The position numbers were made by a program, and so were the translations under genes. Below, piece after piece: positions 1 to 14,249 of a DNA stretch of 64,000 nucleotides. Position 1 is the stretch's first letter. Each line of letters begins with the position of its first letter. Source of the stretch: Eledone cirrhosa. Taxonomy: Eukaryota. The DNA is taken from contig OZ024742.1 of NCBI GenBank assembly GCA_964016885.1, positions 373,178,001-373,242,000 of the forward strand. The letters run 5' to 3'. A model generated the notes under the pieces. The model worked only from the letters and a program-made list of their open reading frames with translations. It was not told the origin of the DNA and searched no databases.

Positions 1-3000
1 GGAAATCTCTTTCTATAAACTGTAAATCTCATTCTATAAACTGTAAATCTCTTTCTATATAAACTGTAAATCTCATTCTATATAAACTGTAAATCTCATT
101 CTATAAACTGTAAATCTCTTTCTATATAAACTGTAAATCTCATTCTACATAAACTGTAAATCTCTTTCTATATAAACTGTAAATCTCATTCTATATAAAC
201 TGTAAATCTCATTCTATATAAACTGTAAATCTCATTCTAAATATACTGTAAATCTCTTTCTAAATAAACTGTAAATATCATTCTATATAAACTGTAAATC
301 TCATTCTATATAAACAGTAAATCTCATTCTATATAAACTGTAAATCTCTTTCTATATAAACTGCAAATCTCATTCTATATAAACTGTAAATCCCATTCTA
401 TAAACTGTAAATCTCTTTCTATATAACCTGTAAATCTCTTTCTATATAAACTGTAAATCTCATGCTATAAACTGTAAATCTCATTCTATATAAACTGTAA
501 ATCTCTTTCTATATAAACTCTGAATCTGATTCTATATAAACTGTAAATCTCATTCTCTATAAACTGTGAATCTCATTCTATATAAACTGTATATCTCATT
601 CTATATGAACTGTAAATCTCATTCGATAAACTGTAAATCTGTTTTTATACAAACTGTAAATCTCATTCTATATAAACTGTAAATCTCTTTCTATATAAAC
701 TGTAAATCTCATTCTATAAACTGTAAATCTCTTTCTATATAAACTGTAAATCTCATTCTATATAAACTGTAAATCTCATTCTATAAACTGTAAATCTCTT
801 TCTATATAAACTGTAAATCTCATTCTACATAAACTGTAAATCTCTTTCTATATAAACTGTAAATCTCATTCTATATAAACTGTAAATCTCATTCTATATA
901 AACTGTAAATCTCATTCTATATAAACTGTAAATATCTTTCTAAATAAACTGTAAATCTCATTCTATATAGACTGTGAATCTCATTCTATATAAACTGTAA
1001 ATCTCACTCTATATAAACTGTAAATCTCATTCGATAAACTGTAAATCTCTTTTTATATAAACTGTAAATCTCATTCTATATGAACTGGAAATCTCTTTCT
1101 ATAAACTGTAAATCTCATTCTATAAACTGTAAATTTATTTCTATATAAACTGTAAATCTCATTCTATATAAACTGTAAACCTCATTCTATAAACTGTAAA
1201 TCTCTTTCTATATAAACTGTAAATCTCTTTCTATATAAACTGTAAATCTCATTCTATATAAACTGTAAATCTCATTCTATATAAACTGTAAATGTCATTC
1301 TATATAAAATGTAAATCCCATTCTATAAACTGTAAATCTCTTTCTATATAACCTGTAAATCTCTTTCTATATAAACTGTAAATCTCATGCTATAAACTGT
1401 AAATCTCATTCTATATAAACTGTAAATCTCTTTCTATATAAACTGTAAATCTCATTCTATATAAACTGTAAATCTCATTCTATATAAACTGTGAATCTCA
1501 TTCTATATAAACTGTATATCTCATTCTATATAAACTGTAAATCCCATTCTATAAACTGTAAATCTCTTTCTATATAACCTGTAAATCTCATTCTATATAA
1601 ACTGTAAATCTCATTCTATAAACTGTAAATCTCTTTCTATATACACTGTTAATCTCATTCTACATAAACTGTCAATCTCATTCTATATAAACTGTAAATC
1701 TAATTCTATATAAACTGTAAATCTCATTCTCTATAAACTGTAAATCTCTTTCTATATAAACTGTAAATATCATTCTATATAAACTGTAAATCCCATTCTA
1801 TAAACTGTAAATCTCTTTCTATATAACCTGTAAATCTCTTTCTATACAAACTGTAAATCTCATGCTATAAACTGTAAATCTCATTCTATATAAACTGTAA
1901 ATCTCTTTCTATATAAACTCTGAATCTGATTCTATATAAACTGTAAATCTCATTCTCTATAAACTGTGCATCTCATTCTATATAAACTGTATATCTCATT
2001 CTATATGAACTGTAAATCTCATTCGATAAACTGTAAATCTGTTTTTATATAAACTGTAAATCTCATTCTATATAAACTGTAAATCTCTTTCTATATAAAC
2101 TGTAAATCTCATTCTATAAACTGTAAATCTCTTTCTATATAAACTGTAAATCTCATTCTATATAAACTGTAAATCTCATTCTATAAACTGTAAATCTCTT
2201 TCTATATAAACTGTAAATCTCATTCTACATAAACTGTAAATCTCTTTCTATATAAACTGTAAATCTCATTCTACATAAACTGTAAATCTCATTCTATATA
2301 AACTGTAAATCTCATTCTATATAAACTGTAAATCTCTTTCTAAATAAACTGTAAATCTCATTCTATATAGACTGTGAATCTCATTCTATATAAACTGTAA
2401 ATCTCACTCTATATAAATTGTAAATCTCATTCGATAAACTGTAAATCTCTTTTTATATAAACTGTAAATCTCATTCTATATAAACTGGAAATCTCTTTCT
2501 ATAAACTGTAAATCTCATTCTATAAACTGTAAATCTCTTTCTATATAAACTGTAAATCTCATTCTATATAAACTGTAAATCTCATTCTATAAACTGTAAA
2601 TCTCTTTCTATATAAACTGTAAATCTCATTCTATATAAACTGTAAATCTCTTTCTATATAAACTGTAAATCTCATTCTATATAAACTGTAAATCTCATTC
2701 TATATAAACTGTAAATCTCATTCTATATAAACTGTAGATCCCATTCTATATAAACTGTAAATCCCATTCTATAAACTGTAAATCTCTTTCTATATAACCT
2801 GTAAATCTCTTTCTATATAAACTGTAAATCTCATGCTATAAACTGTAAATCTCATTCTATATAAACTGTAAATCTCTTTCTATATAAACTGTAAATCTGA
2901 TTCTATATAAACTGTAAATCTCATTCTATATAAACTGTGAATCTCATTCTATATAAACTGTATATCTCATTCTATATCAACTGTAAATCTCATTCGATAA

Positions 3001-6000
3001 ACTGTAAATCTCTTTTTATATAAACTGTAAATCTCATTCTATAAGCTGTAAATCTCTTTCTATATAAACTGTAAATCTCATTCTATAAACTGTAAATCTC
3101 TTTCTATATAAACTGTAAATCGCATTCTATATAAACTGTAAATCTCTTTCTATATAAACTGTAAATCTCATTCTATAAACTGTAAATCTCTTTCTATATG
3201 AACTGTAAATCTCATAGTATATAAACTGTAAATCTCATTCTATAAACTGTAAATCTCTTTCTATATAAACTGTAAATCTCATTCTATAAGCTGTAAATCT
3301 CTTTCTATATAAACTGTAAATCTCATTTTACATAAACTGTAAATCTCTTTCTATATAAACTGTAAATCTCATTCTATATAAACTGTAAATCTCATTCTAT
3401 ATAAACTGTAAATCTCATTCTATATAAACTGTAAATCTCATTCTATATAAACTGTAAATCCCATTCTATAAACTGTAAATCTCATTCTATATAACCTGTA
3501 AATCTCTTTCTATATAAACTGTAAATCTCATGCTATAAACTGTAAATCTCATTCTATATAAACTGTAAATCTCTTTCTATATAAACTGTAAATCTCATTC
3601 TACATAAACTGTAAATCTCTTTCTATATAAACTGTAAATCTCATTCTATATAAACTGTAAATCTCATTCTATATAAACTGTAAATCTCATTCTAAATATA
3701 CTGTAAATCTCTTTCTAAATAAACTGTAAATATCATTCTATATAAACTGTAAATCTCATGCTATAAACTGTAAATCTCATTCTATATAAACTGTAAATCT
3801 CTTTCTATATAAACTCTGAATCTGATTCTATATAAACTGTAAATCTCATTCTCTATAAACTGTGAATCTCATTCTATATAAACTGTATATCTCATTCTAT
3901 ATGAACTGTAAATCTCATTCTATAAGCTGTAAATCTCTTTCTATATAAACTGTAAATCTCATTCTACATAAACTGTAAATCTCTTTCTATATAAACTGTA
4001 AATCTCATTCTATATAAACTGTAAATCTCATTCTATAAACTGTATATCTCATTCTATATAAACTGTAAATCTCATTCGATAAACTGTAAATCTCATTCTA
4101 TATAAACTGGAAATCTCTTTCTATAAACTGTAAATCTCTTTCTATATAAACTGTAAATCTCATTCTACATAAACTGTAAATCTCCTTCTATATAAACTGT
4201 AAATTTCATTCTATATAAACTGTAAATCTCATTCTATATAAACTGTAAATCTCATTCTATATAAACTGTAAATCTCTTTCTAAATAAACTGTAAATCTCA
4301 TTCTATATAAGCTGTAAATCTCATTCTATATAAACTGTAAATCTCATTCTATATAAACTGTAAATCTCTTTCTATATAAACTGTAAATCTCATTCTATAT
4401 AAACTGTAAATCTCATTCTATAAACTGTAAATCTCTTTCTATATAAACTGTAAATCTCATTCTATATAAACTGTAAATCTCTTTGTATATAAACTGTAAA
4501 TCTGATTCTATATAAACTGTAAATCTCATTCTATATAAACTGTGAATCTCATTCTATATAAACTGTATATCTCATTCTATATCAACAGTAAATCTCATTC
4601 GATAAACTGTAAATCTCTTTTTATATAAACTGTAAATCTCATTCTATAAGCTGTAAATCTCTTTCTATATAAACTGTAAATCTCATTCTATAAACTGTAA
4701 ATCTCTTTCTATATAAACTGTAAATCGCATTCTATATAAACTGTAAATCTCTTTCTATATAAACTGTAAATCTCATTCTATAAACTGTAAATCTCTTTCT
4801 ATATGAACTGTAAATCTCATAGTATATAAACTGTAAATCTCATTCTATAAACTGTAAATCTCTTTCTATATAAACTGTAAATCTCATTCTATAAGCTGTA
4901 AATCTCTTTCTATATAAACTGTAAATCTCATTCTACATAAGCTGTAAATCTCTTTCTATATAAACTGTAAATCTCATTCTATATAAACTGTAAATCTCAT
5001 TCTATATAAACTGTAAATCTCATTCTATATAAACTGTAAATCTCATTCTATATAAACTGTAAATCCCATTCTATAAACTGTAAATCTCATTCTATATAAC
5101 CTGTAAATCTCTTTCTATATAAACTGTAAATCTCATGCTATAAACTGTAAATCTCATTCTATATAAACTGTAAATCTCTTTCTATATAAACTGTAAATCT
5201 CATTCTACATAAACTGTAAATCTCTTTCTATATAAACTGTAAATCTCATTCTATATAAACTGTAAATCTCATTCTATATAAACTGTAAATCTCATTCTAA
5301 ATATACTGTAAATCTCTTTCTAAATAAACTGTAAATATCATTCTATATAAACTGTAAATCTCATGCTCTAAACTGTAAATCTCATTCTATATAAACTGTA
5401 AATCTCTTTCTATATAAACTCTGAATCTGATTCTATATAAACTGTAAATCTCATTCTCTATAAACTGTGAATCTCATTCTATATAAACTGTATATCTCAT
5501 TCTATATGAACTGTAAATCTCATTCTATAAGCTGTAAATCTCTTTCTATATAAACTGTAAATCTCATTCTACATAAACTGTAAATCTCTTTCTATATAAA
5601 CTGGAAATCTCTTTCTATAAACTGTAAATCTCATTCTATAAACTGTAAATCTCTTTCTATATAAACTGTAAATCTCATTCTATATAAACTGTAAATCTCA
5701 TTCTATAAACTGTAAATCTCTTTCTATATAAACTGTAAATCTCATTCTATATAAACTGTAAATCTCTTTCTATATAAACTGTAAATCTCATTCTATATAA
5801 ACTGTAAATCTCATTCTATATAAACTGTAAATCTCATTCTATATAAACTGTAAATCCCATTCTATATAAACTGTAAATCCCATTCTATAAACTGTAAATC
5901 TCTTTCTATATAACCTGTAAATCTCTTTCTATATAAACTGTAAATCTCATGCTATAAACTGTAAATCTCATTCTATATAAACTGTAAATCTCTTTCTATA

Positions 6001-9000
6001 TAAACTGTAAATCTGATTCTATATAAACTGTAAATCTCATTCTATATAAACTGTGAATCTCATTCTATATAAACTGTATATCTCATTCTATATCATCTGT
6101 AAATCTCATTCGATAAACTGTAAATCTCTTTTTATATAAACTGTAAATCTCATTCTATAAGCTGTAAATCTCTTTCTATATAAACTGTAAATCTCATTCT
6201 ATAAACTGTAAATCTCTTTCTATATAAACTGTAAATCGCATTCTATATAAACTGTAAATCTCTTTCTATATAAACTGTAAATCTCATTCTATAAACTGTA
6301 AATCTCTTTCTATATGAACTGTAAATCTCATAGTATATAAACTGTAAATCTCATTCTATAAACTGTAAATCTCTTTCTATATAAACTGTAAATCTCATTC
6401 TATAAGCTGTAAATCTCTTTCTATATAAACTGTAAATCTCATTCTACATAAACTGTAAATCTCTTTCTATATAAACTGTAAATCTCATTCTATATAAACT
6501 GTAAATCTCATTCTATATAAACTGTAAATCTCATTCTATATAAACTGTAAATCTCATTCTATATAAACTGTAAATCCCATTCTATAAACTGTAAATCTCA
6601 TTCTATATAACCTGTAAATCTCTTTCTATATAAACTGTAAATCTCATGCTATAAACTGTAAATCTCATTCTATATAAACTGTAAATCTCTTTCTATATAA
6701 ACTGTAAATCTCATTCTACATAAACTGTAAATCTCTTTCTATATAAACTGTAAATCTCATTCTATATAAACTGTAAATCTCATTCTATATAAACTGTAAA
6801 TCTCATTCTAAATATACTGTAAATCTCTTTCTAAATAAACTGTAAATATCATTCTATATAAACTGTAAATCTCATGCTATAAACTGTAAATCTCATTCTA
6901 TATAAACTGTAAATCTCTTTCTATATAAACTCTGAATCTGATTCTATATAAACTGTAAATCTCATTCTCTATAAACTGTGAATCTCATTCTATATAAACT
7001 GTATATCTCATTCTATATGAACTGTAAATCTCATTCTATAAGCTGTAAATCTCTTTCTATATAAACTGTAAATCTCATTCTACATAAACTGTAAATCTCT
7101 TTCTATATAAACTGTAAATCTCATTCTATATAAACTGTAAATCTCATTCTATAAACTGTAAATCTCTTTCTATATAAACTGTAAATCTCATTCTATATAA
7201 ACTGTAAATCTCTTTCTATATAAACTGTAAATCTCATTCTATATAAACTGTAAATCTCATTCTATATAAACTGTAAATCTCATTCTATATAAACTGTAAA
7301 TCCCATTCTATATAAACTGTAAATCCCATTCTATAAACTGTAAATCTCTTTCTATATAACCTGTAAATCTCTTTCTATATAAACTGTAAATCTCATGCTA
7401 TAAACTGTAAATCTCATTCTATATAAACTGTAAATCTCTTTCTATATAAACTGTAAATCTGATTCTATATAAACTGTAAATCTCATTCTATATAAACTGT
7501 GAATCTCATTCTATATAAACTGTATATCTCATTCTATATCAACTGTAAATCTCATTCGATAAACTGTAAATCTCTTTTTATATAAACTGTAAATCTCATT
7601 CTATAAGCTGTAAATCTCTTTCTATATAAACTGTAAATCTCATTCTATAAACTGTAAATCTCTTTCTATATAAACTGTAAATCGCATTCTATATAAACTG
7701 TAAATCTCTTTCTATATAAACTGTAAATCTCATTCTATAAACTGTAAATCTCTTTATATATGAACTGTAAATCTCATAGTATATAAACTGTAAATCTCAT
7801 TCTATAAACTGTAAATCTCTTTCTATATAAACTGTAAATCTCATTCTATAAGCTGTAAATCTCTTTCTATATAAACTGTAAATCTCATTCTACACAAACT
7901 GTAAATCTCTTTCTCTATAAACTGTAAATCTCATTCTATATAAACTGTAAATCTCATTCTATATAAACTGTAAATCTCATTCTATATAAACTGTAAATCT
8001 CATTCTATATAAACTGTAAATCCCATTCTATAAACTGTAAATCTCATTCTATATAACCTGTAAATCTCTTTCTATATAAACTGTAAATCTCATGCTATAA
8101 ACTGTAAATCTCATTCTATATAAACTGTAAATCTCTTTCTATATAAACTGTAAATCTCATTCTACATAAACTGTAAATCTCTTTCTATATAAACTGTAAA
8201 TCTCATTCTATATAAACTGTAAATCTCATTCTATATAAACTGTAAATCTCATTCTAAATATACTGTAAATCTCTTTCTAAATAAACTGTAAATATCATTC
8301 TATATAAACTGTAAATCTCATGCTATAAACTGTAAATCTCATTCTATATAAACTGTAAATCTCTTTCTATATAAACTCTGAATCTGATTCTATATAAACT
8401 GTAAATCTCATTCTCTATAAACTGTGAATCTCATTCTATATAAACTGTATATCTCATTCTATATGAACTGTAAATCTCATTCTATAAGCTGTAAATCTCT
8501 TTCTATATAAACTGTAAATCTCATTCTACATAAACTGTAAATCTCTTTCTATATAAACTGTAAATCTCATTCTATATAAACTGTAAATCTCATTCTATAA
8601 ACTGTATATCTCATTCTATATAAACTGTAAATCTCATTCGATAAACTGTAAATCTCATTCTATATAAACTGGAAATCTCTTTCTATAAACTGTAAATCTC
8701 TTTCTATATAAACTGTAAATCTCATTCTACATAAACTGTAAATCTCTTTCTATATAAACTGTAAATTTCATTCTATATAAACTGTAAATCTCATTCTATA
8801 TAAACTGTAAATCTCATTCTATATCAACTGTAAATCTCTTTCTAAATAAACTGTAAATCTCATTCTATATAAGCTGTAAATCTCATTCTATATAAACTGT
8901 AAATCTCATTCTATATAAACTGTAAATCTCTTTCTATATAAACTGTAAATCTCATTCTATATAAACTGTAAATCTCATTCTATAAACTGTAAATCTCTTT

Positions 9001-12000
9001 CTATATAAACTGTAAATCTCATTCTATATAAACTGTAAATCTCATTCTATATAAACTGTAAATCTCATTCTATATAAACTGTAAATCTCATTCTATAAAC
9101 TGTAAATCTCATTCTATATGAACTGTAAATCTCATTCTATAAATTGTAAAGCTCTTTCTATATACACTGTTAATCTCATTCTACATAAACTGTCAATCTC
9201 ATTCTATATAAACTGTAAATCTAATTCTATATAAACTGTAAATCTCATTCTATATAAACTGTAAATATCTTTCTATATAAACTGTAAATCTCATTCTATA
9301 TAAACTGTAAATCCCATTCTATAAACTGTAAATCTCTTTCTATATAACCTGTAAATTTCTCTCTATATAAACTGTAAATCTCATGCTATAAACTGTAAAT
9401 CTCATTCTATATAAACTGTAAATCTCTTTCTATATAAACTCTGAATCTGATTCTATATAAACTGTAAATCTCATTCTCTATAAACTGTGAATCTCATTCT
9501 ATATAAACTGTATATCTCATTCTATATGAACTGTAAATCTCATTCGATAAACTGTAAATCTGTTTTTATACAAACTGTAAATCTCATTCTATATAAACTG
9601 TAAATCTCTTTCTATATAAACTGTAAATCTCATTCTATAAACTGTAAATCTCTTTCTATATAAACTGTAAATCTCATTCTATATAAACTGTAAATCTCAT
9701 TCTATAAACTGTAAATCTCTTTCTATATAAACTGTAAATCTCATTCTACATAAACTGTAAATCTCTTTCTATATAAACTGTAAATCTCATTCTATATAAA
9801 CTGTAAATCTCATTCTATATAAACTGTAAATCTCATTCTATATAAACTGTAAATATCTTTCTAAATAAACTGTAAATCTCATTCTATATAGACTGTGAAT
9901 CTCATTCTATATAAACTGTAAATCTCACTCTATATAAACTGTAAATCTCATTCGATAAACTGTAAATCTCTTTTTATATAAACTGTAAATCTCATTCTAT
10001 ATGAACTGGAAATCTCTTTCTATAAACTGTAAATCTCATTCTATAAACTGTAAATTTATTTCTATATAAACTGTAAATCTCATTCTATATAAACTGTAAA
10101 CCTCATTCTATAAACTGTAAATCTCTTTCTATATAAACTGTAAATCTCTTTCTATATAAACTGTAAATCTCATTCTATATAAACTGTAAATCTCATTCTA
10201 TATAAACTGTAAATCTCATTCTATATAAACTGTAAATCTTATTCTATATAAACTGTAAATCCCATTCTATAAACTGTAAATCTCTTTCTATATAACCTGT
10301 AAATCTCTTTCTATATAAACTGTAAATCTCATGCTATAAACTGTAAATCTCATTCTATATAAACTGTAAATCTCTTTCTATATAAACTGTAAATCTCATT
10401 CTATATAAACTGTAAATCTCATTCTATATAAACTGTGAATCTCATTCTATATAAACTGTATATCTCATTCTATATAAACTGTAAATCTCATTCGATAAAC
10501 TGTAAATCTCATTCTATATAAACTGTAAATCCCATTCTATAAACTGTAAATCTCTTTCTATATAACCTGTAAATCTCATTCTATATAAACTGTAAATCTC
10601 ATTCTATAAACTGTAAATCTCTTTCTATATACACTGTTAATCTCATTCTACATAAACTGTCAATCTCATTCTATATAAACTGTAAATCTAATTCTATATA
10701 AACTGTAAATCTCATTCTCTATAAACTGTAAATCTCTTTCTATATAAACTGTAAATATCATTCTATATAAACTGTAAATCCCATTCTATAAACTGTATAT
10801 CTCTTTCTATATAACCTGTAAATCTCTTTCTATACAAACTGTAAATCTCATGCTATAAACTGTAAATCTCATTCTATATAAACTGTAAATCTCTTTCTAT
10901 ATAAACTCTGAATCTGATTCTATATAAACTGTAAATCTCATTCTCTATAAACTGTGCATCTCATTCTATATAAACTGTATATCTCATTCTATATGAACTG
11001 TAAATCTCATTCGATAAACTGTAAATCTGTTTTTATACAAACTGTAAATCTCATTCTATATAAACTGTAAATCTCTTTCTATATAATCTGTAAATCTCAT
11101 TCTATAAACTGTAAATCTCTTTCTATATAAACTGTAAATCTCATTCTATATAAACTGTAAATCTCATTCTATAAACTGTAAATCTCTTTCTATATAAATT
11201 GTAAATCTCATTCTACATAAACTGTAAATCTCTTTCTATATAAACTGTAAATCTCATTCTATATAAACTGTAAATCTCATTCTATATAAACTGTAAATCT
11301 CATTCTATATAAACTGTAAATATCTTTCTAAATAAACTGTAAATCTCATTCTATATAGACTGTGAATCTCATTCTATATAAACTGTAAATCTCACTCTAT
11401 ATAAACTGTAAATCTCATTCGATAAACTGTAAATCTCTTTTTATATAAACTGTAAATCTCATTCTATATGAACTGGAAATCTCCTTCTATAAACTGTAAA
11501 CCTCATTCTATAAACTGTAAATCTCTTTCTATATAAACTGTAAATCTCTTTCTATATAAACTGTAAATCTCATTCTATATAAACTGTAAATCTCATTCTA
11601 TATAAACTGTAAATCTCATTCTATATAAACTGTAAATCTCATTCTATATAAAATGTAAATCCCATTCTATAAACTGTAAATCTCTTTCTATATAAACTGT
11701 AATTCTCTTTCTATATAAACTGTTAATCTCATTCTATATAAACTGTCAATCTCATTCTATATAAACTGTAAATCTAATTCTATATAAACTGTAAACCTCA
11801 TTCTATATAAACTGTAAATCTCTTTCTATATAAACTGTAAATCTCATTCTATATAAAATGTAAATCCCATTCTATAAACTGTAAATCTCTTTCTATATAA
11901 CCTGTAAATCTCTTTCTATATAAACTGTAAATCTCATGCTATAAACTGTAAATCTCATTCTATATAAACTGTAAATCTCTTTCTATATAAACTGTAAATC

Positions 12001-14075
12001 TGATTCTATATAAACTGTAAATCTCATTCTATATAAACTGTGAATCTCATTCTATATAAACTGTATATCTCATTCTATATAAACTGTAAATCTCATTCGA
12101 TAAACTGTAAATCTCTTTTTATATAAACTGTAAATCTCATTCTGTATAAACTGGAAATCTCTTTCTATAAACTGTAAATCTCATTCTATAAACTGTAAAT
12201 CTCTTTCTATATAAACTGTAAATCTCGTTCTATATAAACTGTAAATCTCTTTCTATATAAACTGTAAATCTCATTCTATAAACTGTAAATCTCTTTCTAT
12301 ATAAACTGTAAATCTCATTCTATATAAACTGTAAATCTCATTCTATAAACTATAAATCTCTTTCTATATAAACTATAAATCTCATTCTACATAAACTGTA
12401 AATCTCATTCTATATAAACTGTAAATCTCATTCTATATAATCTGTAAATCTCTTTCTAAATAAACTGTAAATCTTATTCTATATGAACTGTGAATCTCAT
12501 TCTATATAAACTGTAAATCTCATTCTATATAGACTGTGAATCTCATTCTATATAAACTGTAAATCTCATGCTATAAACTGTAAATCTCATTCTATATAAA
12601 CTGTAAATCTCTTTCTATATACACTGTAAATCTCATTCTACATAAACTGTAAATCTCTTTCTATATAAACTGTAAATCTCATTCTATATAAACTGTGAAT
12701 CTCATTCTATATAAACTGTAAATCTCATTCTAAATATACTGTAAATCTCTTTCTAAATAAACTGTAAATATCATTCTATATAAACTGTAAATCTCATGCT
12801 ATAAACTGTAAATCTCATTCTATATAAACTGTAAGTCTCTTTCTATATAAACTCTGAATCTGATTCTATATAAACTGTAAATCTCATTCTCTATAAACTG
12901 TGAATCTCATTCTATATAAACTGTATATCTCATTCTATATGAACTGTAAATCTCATTCTATAAGCTGTCAATCTCTTTCTATATAAACTGTAAATCTCAT
13001 TCTACATAAACTGTAAATCTCTTTCTATATAAACTGTAAATCTCATTCTATATAAACTGTAAGTCTCATTCTATAAACTGTATATCTCATTCTATATAAA
13101 CTGTAAATCTCATTCGATAAACTGTAAATCTCATTCTATATAAACTGGAAATCTCTTTCTATAAACTGTAAATCTCTTTCTATATGAACTGTAAATCTCA
13201 TTCTACATAAACTGTAAATCTCTTTCTATATAAACTGTAAATTTCATTCTATATAAACTGTAAATCTCATTCTATATAAACTGTAAATCTCATTCTATAT
13301 AAACTGTAAATCTCTTTCTAAATAAACTGTAAATCGCATACTATATAAGCTGTAAATCTCATTCTATATAAACTGTAAATCTCATTCTATATAAATTGTA
13401 AATCTCTTTCTATATAAACTGTAAATCTCATTCTATATAAACTGTAAATCTCATTCTATAAACTGTAAATCTCTTTCTATATAAACTGTAAATCTCATTC
13501 TATATAAACTGTAAATCTCATTCTATATAAACTGTAAATCTCATTCTATATAAACTGTAAATCTCATTCTATAAACTGTAAATCTCATTCTATATGAACT
13601 GTAAATCTCATTCTATAAGTTGTAAAGCTCTTTCTATATACACTGTTAATCTCATTCTACATAAACTGTCAATCTCATTCTATATAAACTGTAAATCTAA
13701 TTCTATATAAACTGTAAATCTCATTCTATATAAACTGTAAATATCTTTCTATATAAACTGTAAATCTCATTCTATATAAACTGTAAATCCCATTCTATAA
13801 ACTGTAAATCTCTTTCTATATAACCTGTAAATCTCTTTCTATATAAACTGTAAATCTCATGCTATAAACTGTAAATCTCATTCTGTATGAACTGTAAATC
13901 TCTTTCTATATAAACTGTAAATCTGATTCTATATAAACTTTAAATCTCATTCTATATAAACTGTGAATCTCATTCTATATAAACTGTATATCTGATTCTA
14001 TATAAACTGTAAATCTCATTCGATAAACTGTAAATCTCTTTTTATATAAACTGTAAATCTCATTCTGTATAAACT
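1..14075. repeat. Array A macro-repeat unit, copy 1 (~14,075 bp); an expanded copy 2 runs ~14,076-41,506
   Basis: Rare landmarks recur at offset 14,075: AAACAGT 315/14,390; CTGCAAAT 361/14,436; CTGTAAATTTATT 1,127/15,202; window-start GGAAATCTCT 1/14,076. Confidence 0.75.
2500..8900. repeat. About four tandem copies of a ~1.45-1.6 kb higher-order repeat in array A
   Basis: Landmark CTCATAGTAT (G at 3,217, 4,822, 6,333, 7,779; spacings 1,605, 1,511, 1,446), each with the same neighbouring variants (TATCAAC-type, ATCGCAT, TAAGCTG, CTAAATATACTG, CTCTGAATCTGA). Confidence 0.85.
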
Positions 14076-14249
14076 GGAAATCTCTTTCTATAAACTGTAA
14101 ATCTCATTCTATAAACTGTAAATCTCTTTCTATATAAACTGTAAATCTCATTCTATATAAACTGTAAATCTCATTCTATAAACTGTAAATCTCTTTCTAT
14201 ATAAACTGTAAATCTCATTCTACATAAACTGTAAATCTCTTTCTATATA

